A DNA stretch of 63,626 nt, the filler included, from Octopus bimaculoides (taxonomy: Eukaryota), in the NCBI RefSeq assembly GCF_001194135.2. It is 8 parts of 8 records of this genome, joined end to end, with 100 filler letters (N's around TTAATTAATTAA, not from the genome) between each part and the next. Parts side by side here need not be neighbours in the genome. Positions count along the whole stretch, not along the records: positions 29,492 to 45,969 come from NC_068988.1; positions 46,070 to 54,634 come from NC_068996.1; 6 more parts are not named here. One strand, written 5' to 3'. Numbering within the stretch: position 1 is the stretch's first letter; every line of letters starts with the position of its first letter. The notes beneath the pieces were generated by a model. The model had not been told where the DNA came from, ran no database searches, and saw only the letters and a list, made by a program, of their open reading frames with translations. This document shows positions 38,298 through 51,528 of this stretch, piece after piece. The translations under genes and the position numbers were made by a program.

Positions 38298-38428
38298 CTT
38301 TTGCCTTCCACCCCATTTGCCTTCCACCCCTTTTGCCTCCCACCCCATTTGCCTTCCACCCCTTTTGCCTTCCACCCCCATTTGCCTTCCACCCCCTTTG
38401 CTTTCAACCCCTTTTGCCTTCCACCCTC
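38298..38428. repeat. 15-17-bp minisatellite (TTTGCCTTCCACCCC) x~8 inside a SINE B
   Basis: The unit derives from the SINE motif TTTGCCTTTCATCC; SINE sequence continues on both sides. Confidence 0.85.
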
Positions 38429-40233
38429 TTTTAGAGTTGATAAAATAAGTACCAGTTGCGTATCAGGGTCGATGTAATTGACTTAATCCATACCCCTAAA
38501 ATCGCTGGCCTTGCGCCAAAATTTGAAACCATTATTAAGTTGGTGTTTGGAATCTAGATTAACATGAAATTTTGATGGAAAGTTTTAATTTAAATCACTT
38601 CAGTACAGGAATTTGTATTGTAGAACCAGGAACAGTTTTGGACAAATTGGTATCAAAAGAGTTAAAATGGTATAGTTTTCTAAATAAATGTCATGAAATT
38701 CTAAAATATCACAATCTGTTTGTTCCTAAAATTAGCCATAAAATTGCTAATGAGAAGAAATTCCTTTGTAAAAATTGCCATAACATTGTAAATGTAATTA
38801 TGTTGTTTGAAGGAATTGCTATAAATGTCTTTACAATCAATCGATCCTACAAAATGGAAATGGTAGTTTTCTCTCAATTAGGTCCTTCCTTTCCTTAAAC
38901 AAATTGATTGGCGCAATGATAGAGGATTCTTACAAGATCTCCAATTAGGTACTACTAATAAGGTGTTGCAAGTATTTCATTTGAGGGATGGGATGTGCCT
39001 TGCAGAGTTTAAAGAGAATCAAGAACCATTAGTCAGAAATGTCATGATAAAGTTTAAAGAGTGTCAGGAATACTCATCCACCATCTCTCATCAGAAATGG
39101 TTTAGAAGAACAACTAATGAATTACCTATCAAGACTTTTGTAGAAAAAGCGATAAAGCTTTTGGTAAGTTGATTCCTGTTGTAGCTAATTTCTTTCACAT
39201 TCTTTAATTTAAGTCTCTTTAAAACAAGGAATTTGTATCATGGAACCAGAAGCGGTCTTGGACAGGTTGGTATCCAAATGATTAAGACAGTATCATTTTC
39301 TAAATGTCATAAAATTCTAAAATACCACAATCACTTTGTTCCTAGAATTTACCATAAAGTTCCCAATGATAATGCAAAATATAAGTTAGTCCTAGAGCGC
39401 ACAATGTTCCTGAAGGTCGGCAATGGTCTTCCTTGGTCACGAGTGGACGGCCATCATATATATATAAATATATATATATATATACATACACATGTACATA
39501 TGAATATGTACATATATATAAGTACATAATTATATGTATATGTATATATGTGTGTGTGTCTGTCTGCCTGTGTATGTATGTATGGACAGATGGATGGATG
39601 GATGTATGGAAGGACGGATGGAAGGATGTATGGACGGACGGACAGACATATAGTGTTTTAAGTATTGTAAGAATAGAAAATATTCAAGAACATTGCATAT
39701 TTTGAGTTAGAAAGAAGGCAAAAAACTGATTCTAGTTTCATCACTGGTCTAAGGGAAAAGTTGATTTATGTTCCACAATGAAAAGAGATCAGAAAAAATA
39801 TTCTGATCAGGTGAGAAATGGTAACGCCTGGAAATATGGAATTATTTTCACTTGGCATGAAGACGATTTTCTAAGAATACGATTTATATTTGATTGAACT
39901 CGTTTCGCAATATTGATTTCTTTCCAATCGACAAATTTATAAAGGGGACAACATGGGCTGCTGTGACATTCATGTTTTCTCATATCATCATCATCATCAT
40001 CATCATTATAAAGGCAGTGAGCTGGCAGAATTGTTAGCACACCAGGCGAAATGCTTAGTATTTCATCTGCCGCTACATTCTGAGTTCAAATTCTGCTGAG
40101 GTCGACTTTGCCTTTCATCCTTTTGGGGTTTATTAAATAAGTACCAGTTATGCACTGGCATCGATGTAATTGATTTAATTCCCTCCCCCAAGCTGCCCTT
40201 GCGGCAAAAAATTTGAAATCGTCATCATCATCG

Positions 40234-40276
<43 letters not shown>

Positions 40277-41122
40277 ATCATCATCATCATCATCGTTTAA
40301 CATCTGCTTTCCATGCTAGCATGGGTTGGCAGATTCGTTTGCATTTCTTCCAGCTCTTTAAGGTATTGGAGAAAGGGGGGCAGTGAATATCATTGACTAA
40401 ACCCTCCCCTCAAAATTGCTTCTCATGTACAAGCAGAATCATTATCATGCTGGGCAAAAATGCTTGACAGCATTTCATCTGTCCTTACATTCTGAGTTCA
40501 AATTCTGCTGAGGTCAACTTTGTGTTTTATCCTTTCAGGGTCAATAAAATAAGTGTCACTTGAGTTCTGGGGGTCAATGTAATCGATATACCCCATCAGA
40601 AAAGAAATTTCAGGCCTTGCCTTGTGACTATCATAGAAAAGATTCTTCTTCGTCTTCTTCTTCCGTAAAAAAAAAAAAAAAATGCTAAATGGCATTTCTT
40701 CCAACTTTACATTTTGAATTCAAATTCCGCTGGGATTGACTTTGCCCTTAACCTTCCAGGGTTGATAAAATGAGTACCACTGGGAGGGTGGGGAGGNNNN
40801 NNNNNNNNNNNNNNNNNNNNNNNNNNNNNNNNNNNNNNNNNNNNNNNNNNNNNNNNNNNNNNNNNNNNNNNNNNNNNNNNNNNNNNNGAGGGTCAATCTA
40901 ATTGACTTACTCTCTCCCCATAACTTGCTGGCTTTGTGCCAAAATTTGAAACCAGGTATTGTTTTCATTCATATTTGTTTGTCTGTAGACAAGATATTTC
41001 AAGAACCACTGGATGAATTTGGATGAAACTTTCAGGGATGTTTGGCCTCATGACTGGCACGAACTGATTAGATTTTGGGATTTCAGGCCTTGTGCCTTTA
41101 GCAGAAAGGATTATTATTATTA

Positions 41123-41171
<49 letters not shown>

Positions 41172-43689
41172 CAGTTTTGTAGTTAAGTATTATTGATATT
41201 TTTTTTTGAAAAAAAAAGGCATTGAGCAAAGCCAGTAGACAGCAGTTAAGATGGCTGTCACGAGAGAAAGATGAAAGAAAATGTGAAACGGATTTCAAAT
41301 GTTTAGTATGCATTTTGGGTTGCAACAATGCATGGAATTGCAGACAGCATATTTATGGCAAGTCAGCTACTACAGAAATATTATGTAGAACAGGAAAAGA
41401 TAAATAAAATATATAAGACTTTTATTTTCTATTTGTTGATTGGGAGAAGAAAAAAATCACTTGACACACTCTCTAATGTTCAGGAGATAAAAAAAAGAAA
41501 AGAAAATGAAATACTTACATTTATAAATATTTTTCACCTGAATAATGTTCTTTTTTTCTGATGCTGTTACAGAAATATTTCATGCTGACCAGTTCCATAA
41601 CTTGTCAGTTTAATACAAGACAACCTATTGGTAATATTGTAAGTATTGGATAAATTGCTTTGTGGAATTGTTTCGGTTGCTTTTCATTCTGAGTTCAAAT
41701 TCTAACAAAATCAATTTTGTCTTTTATCTTTCTGGGGATAAAAGTGCCAGTTATGGACTATAGGGTTGATAAACAACATACCAGTCATGTATTGAGGCTG
41801 ATAAATATGTATGTGTGTACGTTTGTGTTTGTGTATACATGTATGTATGTATGTATGTATGTATGTATGTGTGTGATGTAAACCCAATGTTTTCATTTAT
41901 ATCCCTTTATGTCAAAAGGTAACTTAGACATTCACTAAATGGTGATCAAAGAAAAAATAGGTCAACTCATGGTGGAGTAAGACCACTTCCTAAACACAGT
42001 AAGTCCATGTAAATATTCCTAGAGTGCAAGAAGTTCCTGAATTTGGTTTTTTGATGGAATCAACTATAAGAAACCCCAGTGGCACGAAAGAGGCTGAGAC
42101 GACCAGAAACCAACTTCACTTCACGGTTTTTATACAAGTTTACCTTCTCCTAAAAGGAAATTCAAAGAAGAAGGTCCTTCACACCCAATGGTTCACATGA
42201 TAATTAACCCCTAACTGGGACCCGAACAGGTGCTAGTACTCCATGCCAGAGTAGACCAGGGAACAAGGGTGGCTAAGAGATGGTTCCACACACCTCAAAA
42301 ACCCTGGAAATCCCATACCAAGGCTCCCACTGCTGGATGTAGTTTATTGTCATACCCAGGACTTGAGGTTATCAATGAAAACCGTTTTAGGTGATGCTCC
42401 AGCATAGCCAGAGCGTAATGCCTGAAACCAGACAAAGGATGGACATTTATTAGTGGCCAGCACAGCTAAGTCTTCCAGTGTGGTCAATTGTAAAATACAT
42501 GAACAACATGGCTGGTTATTGCATTTCTTGTTTATATTCGCAGTCTGGCTAAACTGGGTTGGATGTCAGCTGCTCTTTGTTTCATCAATGTTATTTATTA
42601 TTAATCTCCTCCACCATTTGAAATATAAATTAGGTCACATTATTTTCAGATATCTAAACGATGATCTCAAGTGAAACATGCTTGGCTGAGATGGTAGAAA
42701 AGAGATTACAAAATGGAACAAGACAAATTATGAGACGTATGGATATTTACTGTTGCTGGTTTATAGGAGACTTAGAAAAGAGCTTTGCTTGGGCAAGTGC
42801 TGCCAAATGAAAACCCTGCATATTGAACCCCAGTAGGTTTCAGAAACCATCAGGAGAGAATGCACACCATTTCAGTGCCTTCCTCTCAATGGCTTTATGG
42901 TACCCCACCCCATGAGGCCACACCTGCTTCATCAACTGCCTCACATTTAACCATTGACATTTCTAAATCTTCTTTCATTCAGTGAAAGTCTTTCTTATTT
43001 GCAGCTGAGCACAAAACCCTTGGTTTCTTCATCATCTCCTCTGATGAAGGCACATCTTCATCTTTATTCATAGTTTGTTGATGTCTTGTAAGCTGGAACA
43101 GAGGTGGGCTGTGGGCCCAAGTGTGGACCACTGAAGGGTTCTCTGTGGGTCTCAAACTTTTTCTGAAGTAGATTAAATGTTGTTTATAGGCCATTGAACA
43201 GATGATAGCTTTAATCCCTTTCTTACCATATTTTTGTTGAAATGCTCTGCTTTAATTATGAAAATAACGAAGAATTTGATGAAATAACTTTGTCATTCAT
43301 AAACTGGTGTTTGTAACATAAGTTAGCATGCAATTTTGATGGAAGGATCATTTTAAATCAGAGAATTTGTATCATAATCTTAAGGGTGGTCTCAAGTGGG
43401 TTGGTCTCAAAAGGATTAAGATAATCTTTTACAGAATGTTATAAGCATTACAAGTGATGGAAATGAGGTGACATGTGGGAATATTCTTATACGTAAGGGT
43501 ATATATGCATGGGTCAGGAATGAATATAAGAAAGTAAATGAAAAGTGAGCATTTACTAAAGGAAGTTGTCAAACATTTGGAAACATTCTTAAATACTTAA
43601 AATGTTCTTAGAACACTGATGAGGGCTTTGCCTATATGCAGTGAAGACAGTTTGGAAATGTCCAAGCCCTTATAGAGCAAAATCCAACT

Positions 43690-43925
43690 CTCTCTCTAAA
43701 TCAAAGACCAACCCTCACCTCTAGACTGAAGTCAAACCCTCTCTAGCCCAAAGTCTAACCCCTCTCTGCATCAAAAACCAACCCCCTTTTAATAAATGTC
43801 CAACCTTTCCAGACTAATAACCAGCCCATCTGGATTAAAGTCTAACCTTCCTCTAGACCGAAGAACAATGCTCAGTTGACCAAAGTCTGCACCAAAAACC
43901 AGCCTTCTCTACACTGAAGCCCTCC
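43690..43925. repeat. Degenerate ~20-25-bp minisatellite
   Basis: Recurring AAAGTC(C/T)AACCC(T)CTCT..AG motif. Confidence 0.6.
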
Positions 43926-44784
43926 TCTCACACTTCTGGACTATTGACAGAAACTGCAGGAATGAGGTGTAAATGAGGTGAAATAAGTGAAATAGGTCAA
44001 CTGGTCACAGAAACTGAGGTGCCAGAGTGTTACAAATACAGTGTTATGTTTATATTTATTTCACTTTAGAAGAATATAACCAATTTTTATCAGAAACATC
44101 TGCGAATATATTTCATAGCTGAGACAAAGTGAGAGAAAAAAACAATCAGTACTCGTCAGTGTCATCATGAACATAATAATCACCACCACTATCATCATCA
44201 TCATCTGTCCATTTTCCATCCTGGCATGGGTTGGATAGATCATCACACTTTGACTCATTTCTTAATGGAAACCACTCTTAAAGATTGGTGCTCATCCATG
44301 TTGTTTGGCTCAGTTTCTACCACAGGATGCTCTTCCTACCACTAACCCTTTCATATCTCTATCAATTCTTTACTTTATTGTTCCCAGTTGGTTTTCAATC
44401 AAGAAGCCATTTAATGAGTGCCACCAGTTAAAATTACATTGAAGCAGCCCAAGCACTAATTAATGAAGCAGAAAAAGAGAAATATCTACCGAGAGATTCA
44501 ATTCAAACACTTTTTACATATTCATGGAATTTCTTTATAAATCTCATAATTATTTATCTCACACACCAAGTTCAATAACTAGAATCAATTAACTGATCTT
44601 TCATAATCAGAAATATCCATCAATGATTGAACAGGATGTCGTATTGATTTCAAGAATAAGAGAATGGGAATTATGCTGTTCATATCTTTCTCAAAGATAT
44701 TCGTCTCCATTTTCAGTTTTCTATTATAATTCCAGCCATGTCTAGGGTACATCATCATCATCATTTAACGTCCATTGTTCATGT

Positions 44785-44877
44785 TGGTTTGAAGCAAAGT
44801 ATTTGAGTTCTCTTCAAGTGTTGGGCCTCCATAAAGCCCAATACTCGAAGGGAACTCAAATACTTTGCTTCATACCA
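44785..44877. repeat. 42-bp inverted repeat (hairpin) upstream of a hammerhead
   Basis: 44785-44826 pairs with 44836-44877 with 4 differences; 9-nt loop. Confidence 0.9.
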
Positions 44878-44933
44878 CTGTGAACTATTGGAGTAATTTC
44901 CCTGTATTCAACAGTTTTTTTCATAGTGTTTTT

Positions 44934-45004
44934 GTCTTAATAACTGATGAAATGCTGAAGCAGACTTCAGCCCCGGCATCTGAAACTCTGAGTTTTATTA
45001 TGAC
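44934..45004 (+). ncRNA. Type I hammerhead ribozyme motif
   Basis: Stem I GTCTTAATAA/TTATTATGAC (9 of 10 pairs), CUGAUGA, stem II ATGC/GCAT enclosing a GCTGAAG/CTTCAGC hairpin, U-GAAA, stem III ACTC-T-GAGT, GUU cleavage triplet. Confidence 0.75.
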
Positions 45005-45232
45005 AACCAACTAATTGTCACATATTATATTTATAGATAAATTCCTTTATTTTACATTATATCGAGGTCTCATTCGTTCTTTTGTTGTCATAATTATTAT
45101 TATTATTAATATATATATATATATCTATATATATATATATATATATNNNNNNNNNNGAAATAGAAACAATTCTACAATTAAAGATGTGGTCCTCTCTATA
45201 TGTATTTTTGCTTTATATATATTTATATATAT

Positions 45233-45633
45233 AGGCACAGGAGTGACTGTGTGGTAAGTAGCTTACTTACCAACCAGATGGTCCCAGGTTCAATCCCACT
45301 GCATGGCACCTTGGGCAAGTGTCTTCTGCTATAGCCTCGGGCCGACCAAAACCTTGTGAGTGGATTTGGTCAACGGAAACTGAAAGAAGCCTGTCGTATA
45401 TATATATGTATGTGTGTGTATGTGTTTGTGTGTCTGTGTTTGTCCCCCCCCCCCCAACTTCGCTTGACAGCTGATACTGGTGTGTTTACGTCCCTGTAAC
45501 TTAGTGGTTCGACAAAAGAAGACCGATAGCGTAAGTACCAGGTTTACAAAGAATAAGTCCTGGGGTCAATTTACTCAACTAAAGGTAGTGCTCCAGCATG
45601 GCCACAGTCAAATAACTGAAACAAATAAAAGAA
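45233..45633 (+). mobile_element. SINE family A, full length
   Basis: Head GGCACAGGAGTGACTGTGTGG, central (TA)(TG) tract, tail. Confidence 0.9.
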
Positions 45634-45898
45634 ATATATATGTATATATATAAATGTTTGCGTGTGTGTATATGCTTACACACACACACACACACACATT
45701 TCCTTCACTTTCCATCTACCAAAGTCACTCACAAGGTGCCGTGGAGTGGGGGCAGAGCCTAAAATCCAAAGCAAATTTCTTAATCACACAACTGTACCTG
45801 TGTTAGTAATAGGTCTGTCCTCTCTATCACCAATTCCAACCCAACGACCAAGTGAATTAACTGAAGAATCAAATGATCAAATGGTTTTTTTTTATTTC

Positions 45899-45969
<71 letters not shown>

Positions 45970-48173
45970 NNNNNNNNNNNNNNNNNNNNNNNNNNNNNNN
46001 NNNNNNNNNNNNNTTAATTAATTAANNNNNNNNNNNNNNNNNNNNNNNNNNNNNNNNNNNNNNNNNNNNGGCAACGATCACGCTCGGACGGTGCTCTTAG
46101 TGATTTACTGGTTCTGGTGCCATCACGATTTCGCTTTTGCTTGCTCCAACAGGTCTTCGCAAGCCGAGTTTAGTGTTCAATGAAGACGTTGGCATGGGTG
46201 CTAGTCTACAAATTTAGTTTGATTTCGATTTCGATTTCACTTGCCTCAACAGGTCTTCGCAAGTGGAGTTTAGTGTCCAATGAAGGAATGTTATGCATAA
46301 GTGGGCTGGCTACATCCCTGGCAGAGGCCTTGGATTTTGGTCTCACTTGGCTTGCCAGGTCTTCTCACGCACAGCATATTTCCAAAGGTCTCGGTCAGAA
46401 GTCATTGCCTTGGTGAGACCTAAAGTTCGGAGGTCGTGCTTCAAGTTCGGAGGTCATATTTATATATAAGTATCATCATCATCATCATCATCAACATCGT
46501 TTAACGTCCGCTTTCCATGCTAGCATGGGTTGGACGATTTTACTGAGGACTGGTGAAACCGGATGGCAACACCAGGCTCCAATCTAATTTGGCAGAGTTT
46601 CTACAGCTGGATGCCCTTCCTAATGCCAACCACTCAGAGAGTGTAGTGGGTGCTTTTACGTGTCACCCGCACGAAGGCCAGTCAGGCGCTACTGGCAACG
46701 GCAACGCTCAAAATGGTGTTTTTTATGTGCCACCCGCACACGAACCAGTCCAGGGGCACTGGCAATGATCTCACTCGAAAATCCTACGAAGGCCAGTCAG
46801 GCGGTACTGGCAACGGCCACGCTCAAAATGGTGCATCTTATGTGCCACCTGCACAAGAGCCAGTCCAGGGGCATTGGCAACGATCTCACTTGGCTTGAAG
46901 GGTCTTCTCATGCACAGCACATTTCCAAAGGTCTCGGTCAGTAGTCATCGCCTCGGTGAGGCCCAATGTTCGAAGGTCTTGCCTCACCACNNNNNNNNNN
47001 NNNNNNNNNNNNNNNNNNNNNNNNNNNNNNNNNNNNNNNNNNNNNNNNNNNNNNNNNNNNNNNNNNNNNNNNNNNNNNNNNNNNNNNNNNNNNNNNNNNN
47101 NNNNNNNNNNNNNNNNNNNNNNNNNNNNNNNNNNNNNNNNNNNNNNNNNNNNNNNNNNNNNNNNNNNNNNNNNNNNNNNNNNNNNNNNNNNNNNNNNNNN
47201 NNNNNNNNNNNNNNNNNNNNNNNNNNNNNNNNNNNNNNNNNNNNNNNNNNNNNNNNNNNNNNNNNNNNNNNNNNNNNNNNNNNNNNNNNNNNNNNNNNNN
47301 NNNNNNNNNNNNNNNNNNNNNNNNNNNNNNNNNNNNNNNNNNNNNNNNNNNNNNNNNNNNNNNNNNNNNNNNNNNNNNNNNNNNNNNNNNNNNNNNNNNN
47401 NNNNNNNNNNNNNNNNNNNNNNNNNNNNNNNNNNNNNNNNNNNNNNNNNNNNNCCCTTTGTCGCCAGCAGGGGTAAGAGCTCTCTAAACTTGGCCCAGGC
47501 TATTCTTATTCTAGCAGTTACATTTTCAGTGCACCCACCCCCGCTACTGACTTGGTCACCTAGGTAACGGAAGCTATCAACTACTTCTAGTTTTTCTCCC
47601 TGGAATGAGACAGAAGTTGTTTCCTGTTTGCTTACAGTGTTTATTGCACCTGAACATCTGCCACATACAAAAACTAACTTCCTAGTTAGCCTTGCTTTGA
47701 TATTGCTGCACCTCTTATGTGTCCATAGCTTGCACCGGGTACATCTTATAGTATGTATATTTATATTTATATCATTATCATCATCATCATTTAACTTTTA
47801 CTTTTCTATACTTGCATGGAGTAGGCAAAATTAGAATTTATATAGGGATATTTTCTACAGCCAAATGCCCTTCCTGTCACCAACCCTCACCTGTTTACGA
47901 GCAAGCTAATATTTCCCCCATGGCCAAACATGTCTTCTGTTGAAATGAACAACGTTACTTGTATGACACTGATGATCATGTGATCAAGAAGCTTACTTCC
48001 TAATCATGTAACTTCAGCTTCAGCCTCATTGCAAGGTGCTTTGGGCAGATGTCTTCTACTATAGCCCCAGGCTGACAAAAACCTTAACCTTGTGAGTGGG
48101 TTTCGTAGAGAGAAACAGAAAGAAGTCTGTTTCACACACATGCACACACACACACATATACATATATATATAT

Positions 48174-49260
48174 ATACAGGGTTGCTAAATAAATCCATTC
48201 ATTTTTTCCAAATGTTCTTTAAATTAACATGAAAAATATTTTTATTGTTGTGCTTTATGTTTCTATCATTTTTTTTTTGTAGCTCTATTTTTTTCCCCCT
48301 ACAACTTTTGTTTATCATCTTTGAAATTTGAATTCATTTCATATCTTTTGAGACGATGATGATGGAGTGCCAAGAAGAATCTTTTCAACACCTGCATCTC
48401 TACGTTTACAGTCTCGGTTCCAAAATCACCAAAGCCACTCATGACATCTGTGTCATGTATAAAGAGGGCATTATAACTGAGAGGGGTTATAGGGGGTTTC
48501 AGTTGCACATAGGAGTCACAGGGCACTGTTCCATGTGGTCCTAGGAATATTAGGGGTGTCCTGTGGGATGACCTAAATAGATAGATAACTGAAAGATCTG
48601 TACTGGAATGGTTTCCATGTTTCATGAAGAGGNNNNNNNNNNNNNNNNNNNNNNNNNNNNNNNNNNNNNNNNNNNNNNNNNNNNNNNNNNNNNNNNNNNN
48701 NNNNNNNNNNNNNNNNNNNNNNNNNNNNNNNNNNNNNNNNNNNNNNNNNNNNNNNNNNNNNNNNNNNNNNNNNNNNNNNNNNNNNNNNNNNNNNNNNNNN
48801 NNNNNNNNNNNNNNNNNNNNNNNNNNNNNNNNNNNNNNNNNNNNNNNNNNNNNNNNNNNNNNNNNNNNNNNNNNNNNNNNNNNNNNNNNNNNNNNNNNNN
48901 NNNNNNNNNNNNNNNNATCCAATAAGTAAAAACCAAAATCTCAGTGCATAGGTACCACGAAAAAGACAAATCCCAACCCCTACATTGCTAATTTGTCAAA
49001 AAATACTGTCCAGAAGCTCGGTTGGGAAGTTCTACAGCATCCACCGAATTTTCATTATATACCACCTTTAGGTTATCACTTTTTCTTGGTGTCTCTCTCA
49101 TAATCTGCAAGCTGTTAAAGTGTTTCGATGAATTCTACGAAGCAAAACCTGATGATTTCAAGAGATTAACAAGGAATTGTGAAGACTGAAGGAGGGTATA
49201 TCACTGGCTGATTTGTAAAAACTATCGAAAAATAAGTATTAAAATAAATGGGGGGAAAAG
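48174..49260 (+). mobile_element. Degenerate mariner element spanning an N gap
   Basis: N-terminal MECQEESFQH...HDIC..Y.EG.I.ER; C-terminal QKLGWEVLQHP; starts TATACAGGGT. Confidence 0.7.
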
Positions 49261-49536
49261 ATATGAATATATATGCATTCTGCAGGATGGTTGGTGTTAG
49301 GAAGGGCATCCAGCCATAAAAACTGTGCCAAAACAGACACAGAAGTCTGATACAGTCATCTGCCTGGCTAACACCTGCCAAACCATCCAACTCATGCCAG
49401 CATGGAAAGCAGACATAAAATGATGATGATGATGTAACTGCATTATGTGAGCCTGCATTTGTGTGTATATTTAAAGAATATATATAAAGAGTATGAATGT
49501 GTATGCGTATGCATGTGAGCTTAAATACATGTGTGT

Positions 49537-49925
49537 GCACATATGCTAGGACACAACAACCTCCTAAGCAGACCGAGTGCAGATATGAACAGCATGTGGG
49601 AACCGGTATTAAGGAAGCATAGGAAAATAATTAGATTTATAAGCCCTAAAAATTCACTTCATAATTGCCCACGAACATATAGCATAGTGGTTAAGAGCAC
49701 GGGCTACTAACCTCAAGATTCTGAGTTCGATTCCAGGCATTGACCTGAATAATAATAATAACAACAACAACATTGAAAAATACCTTAAGAATGAGAACCC
49801 AAATTCGAAATTTCCCGACGACACCTGATGAAGGCTGGAGGGTATATGAGCCGAAACGTTGTGTTAACAACAAACAAGATGAGGACGAATATCCGTCAAA
49901 TGTAAATAATGTCAATAATATAAAT
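49537..49925 (+). mobile_element. PLE end + tRNA-like head + (AAT/AAC)n + hammerhead, copy 2
   Basis: Homologous to 35410-35760; A/B boxes at 49682-49735; intact HHR core. Confidence 0.85.
49820..49865 (+). ncRNA. Minimal type I hammerhead ribozyme (PLE type)
   Basis: GACAC-CUGAUGA-A-GGCU..AGCC-GAA-ACGU-U-GUGUU: 5-bp stem I, 4-bp stem II, palindromic ACGU stem III. Confidence 0.8.
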
Positions 49926-51139
49926 GTATATGCTTGTTCTGAAGAGGATTTGCTCATCATAGCATAACTAAGATTCTGGAAGCACAACTGTTCCTCACTC
50001 CCACCTAATTTCCTTCTCAAGACATTATTCCTGCCATCCATCATCTCTGATTGCAATATTCTGTTGCTGTAATTTAATGTGAGCAGAACTGCATAATTTT
50101 ACTTGATGTTACTTATTATCCTTACTACTCAGAACCTTTCCACTTATTATCCATCCTTCATTCTTAACACTGTCCTCTCCTCTCACTTTTTACATTGATC
50201 ACCCTCAACCACACATCATCTTTCTCCCTTCTCCTTTCTCATCCTTCCCCTATCTACTGTACCATTATTACTATCCTGCTGCTTTTCACTCTTCCCTTTT
50301 CTGCACTGTGCTTCTTTTCTTTTCCTCCCCTACATCTCCAAACTCCTTTATATCATCAGTCACTCCTGCTTCTTATCCACCATTCACTGCATCCACTTCT
50401 CAATGCTATCCAAGCTTTGCAGTTACCACCTACTCTTCCTTAACATCCCTCAACACCTGTTCTTCGTTATATTCACCCACTTAACCACTTCCCATCTTTA
50501 GCCACCACTCACTCTCTCACAAACTCTTACAACTTATGGCCACCTTCCCTCCATGTTCATCTCTCCCCACTTCTACTTGCCTTGCCCTTTGAGACTCTTT
50601 GCTGACACCTCATCACCACTACTTTATCTCATATCAACTCCACACTGTTTACTCCCTCCTTCGTTTCTGCAATGTGAGTAGCCATATAGACATGCAGCTC
50701 CTCAAAAGAAACAAACCTGTTCTATTCTAGCCCATCCTCTCATACTTTAACACACGCACACACACACACACACCAGTCATTTCTCAGTTGAAGGAGTTTT
50801 TAGTCTTGCAGGCTGCACGGTAACCTTGCTACTGATGTTGCCGCATACAAAGCATCCAGTACTCATAGTAAAGTGGTTGGTATTTGGAAGAGCAGAGTTG
50901 GGGAGATGCATTATGATACATGGAGCATATTTAGGCTGACAAAACCCATCCCTCTTCAGATCTGATTACAGCAATTTCTTCCAGAAAGTGAGACAGACAG
51001 ACAGACAAAAAGTGTGACAGACAGAAAAAGCAAAATTAATCCAGTTATAGGATAAGTCTTTTATTTATCAAACTTGACCTCATTAACAGTTGAACTCAAA
51101 CCGCAAGGAACTGGCACAAATACCACAAGGCATGGCATG

Positions 51140-51484
51140 AGTCTTCTACTATAGCCTCAAGCCGACCAAAACCTTGTGAGTGGATTTGGTAGACAGAAAC
51201 TGAAAGAAGCTCGTCATATATATATATATACATGTATGTATGTGTGTGTGTATGTATGTATGTATGTATGTATGTGTGTATGTTTGTGTGTCTGTGCTTG
51301 TCCCCCTTTACATCGCTTGACAACTGATACTGGTGTGTTTACGCCCCCATAACTTAGTAGTTTGGCAAGAGAGACCAATAGAGTAAGTACTAGGGTTACA
51401 AAGTATAAGTCCTGGGGTTGATTTACTTGACTAAAGCCGGTGCTCCAGCATGGCCGCAGTCAAATGACTGAAACAAGTAAAAGA

Positions 51485-51485
<1 letters not shown>
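51140..51485 (+). mobile_element. SINE family A, 5'-truncated
   Basis: Body and tail match the family consensus. Confidence 0.85.

Positions 51486-51528
<43 letters not shown>

Noticed and set aside
43612-43645. CTGATGAGGGCTTTGCC hammerhead-like start
   Set aside because: GAAA is absent and there is no stem I pairing.
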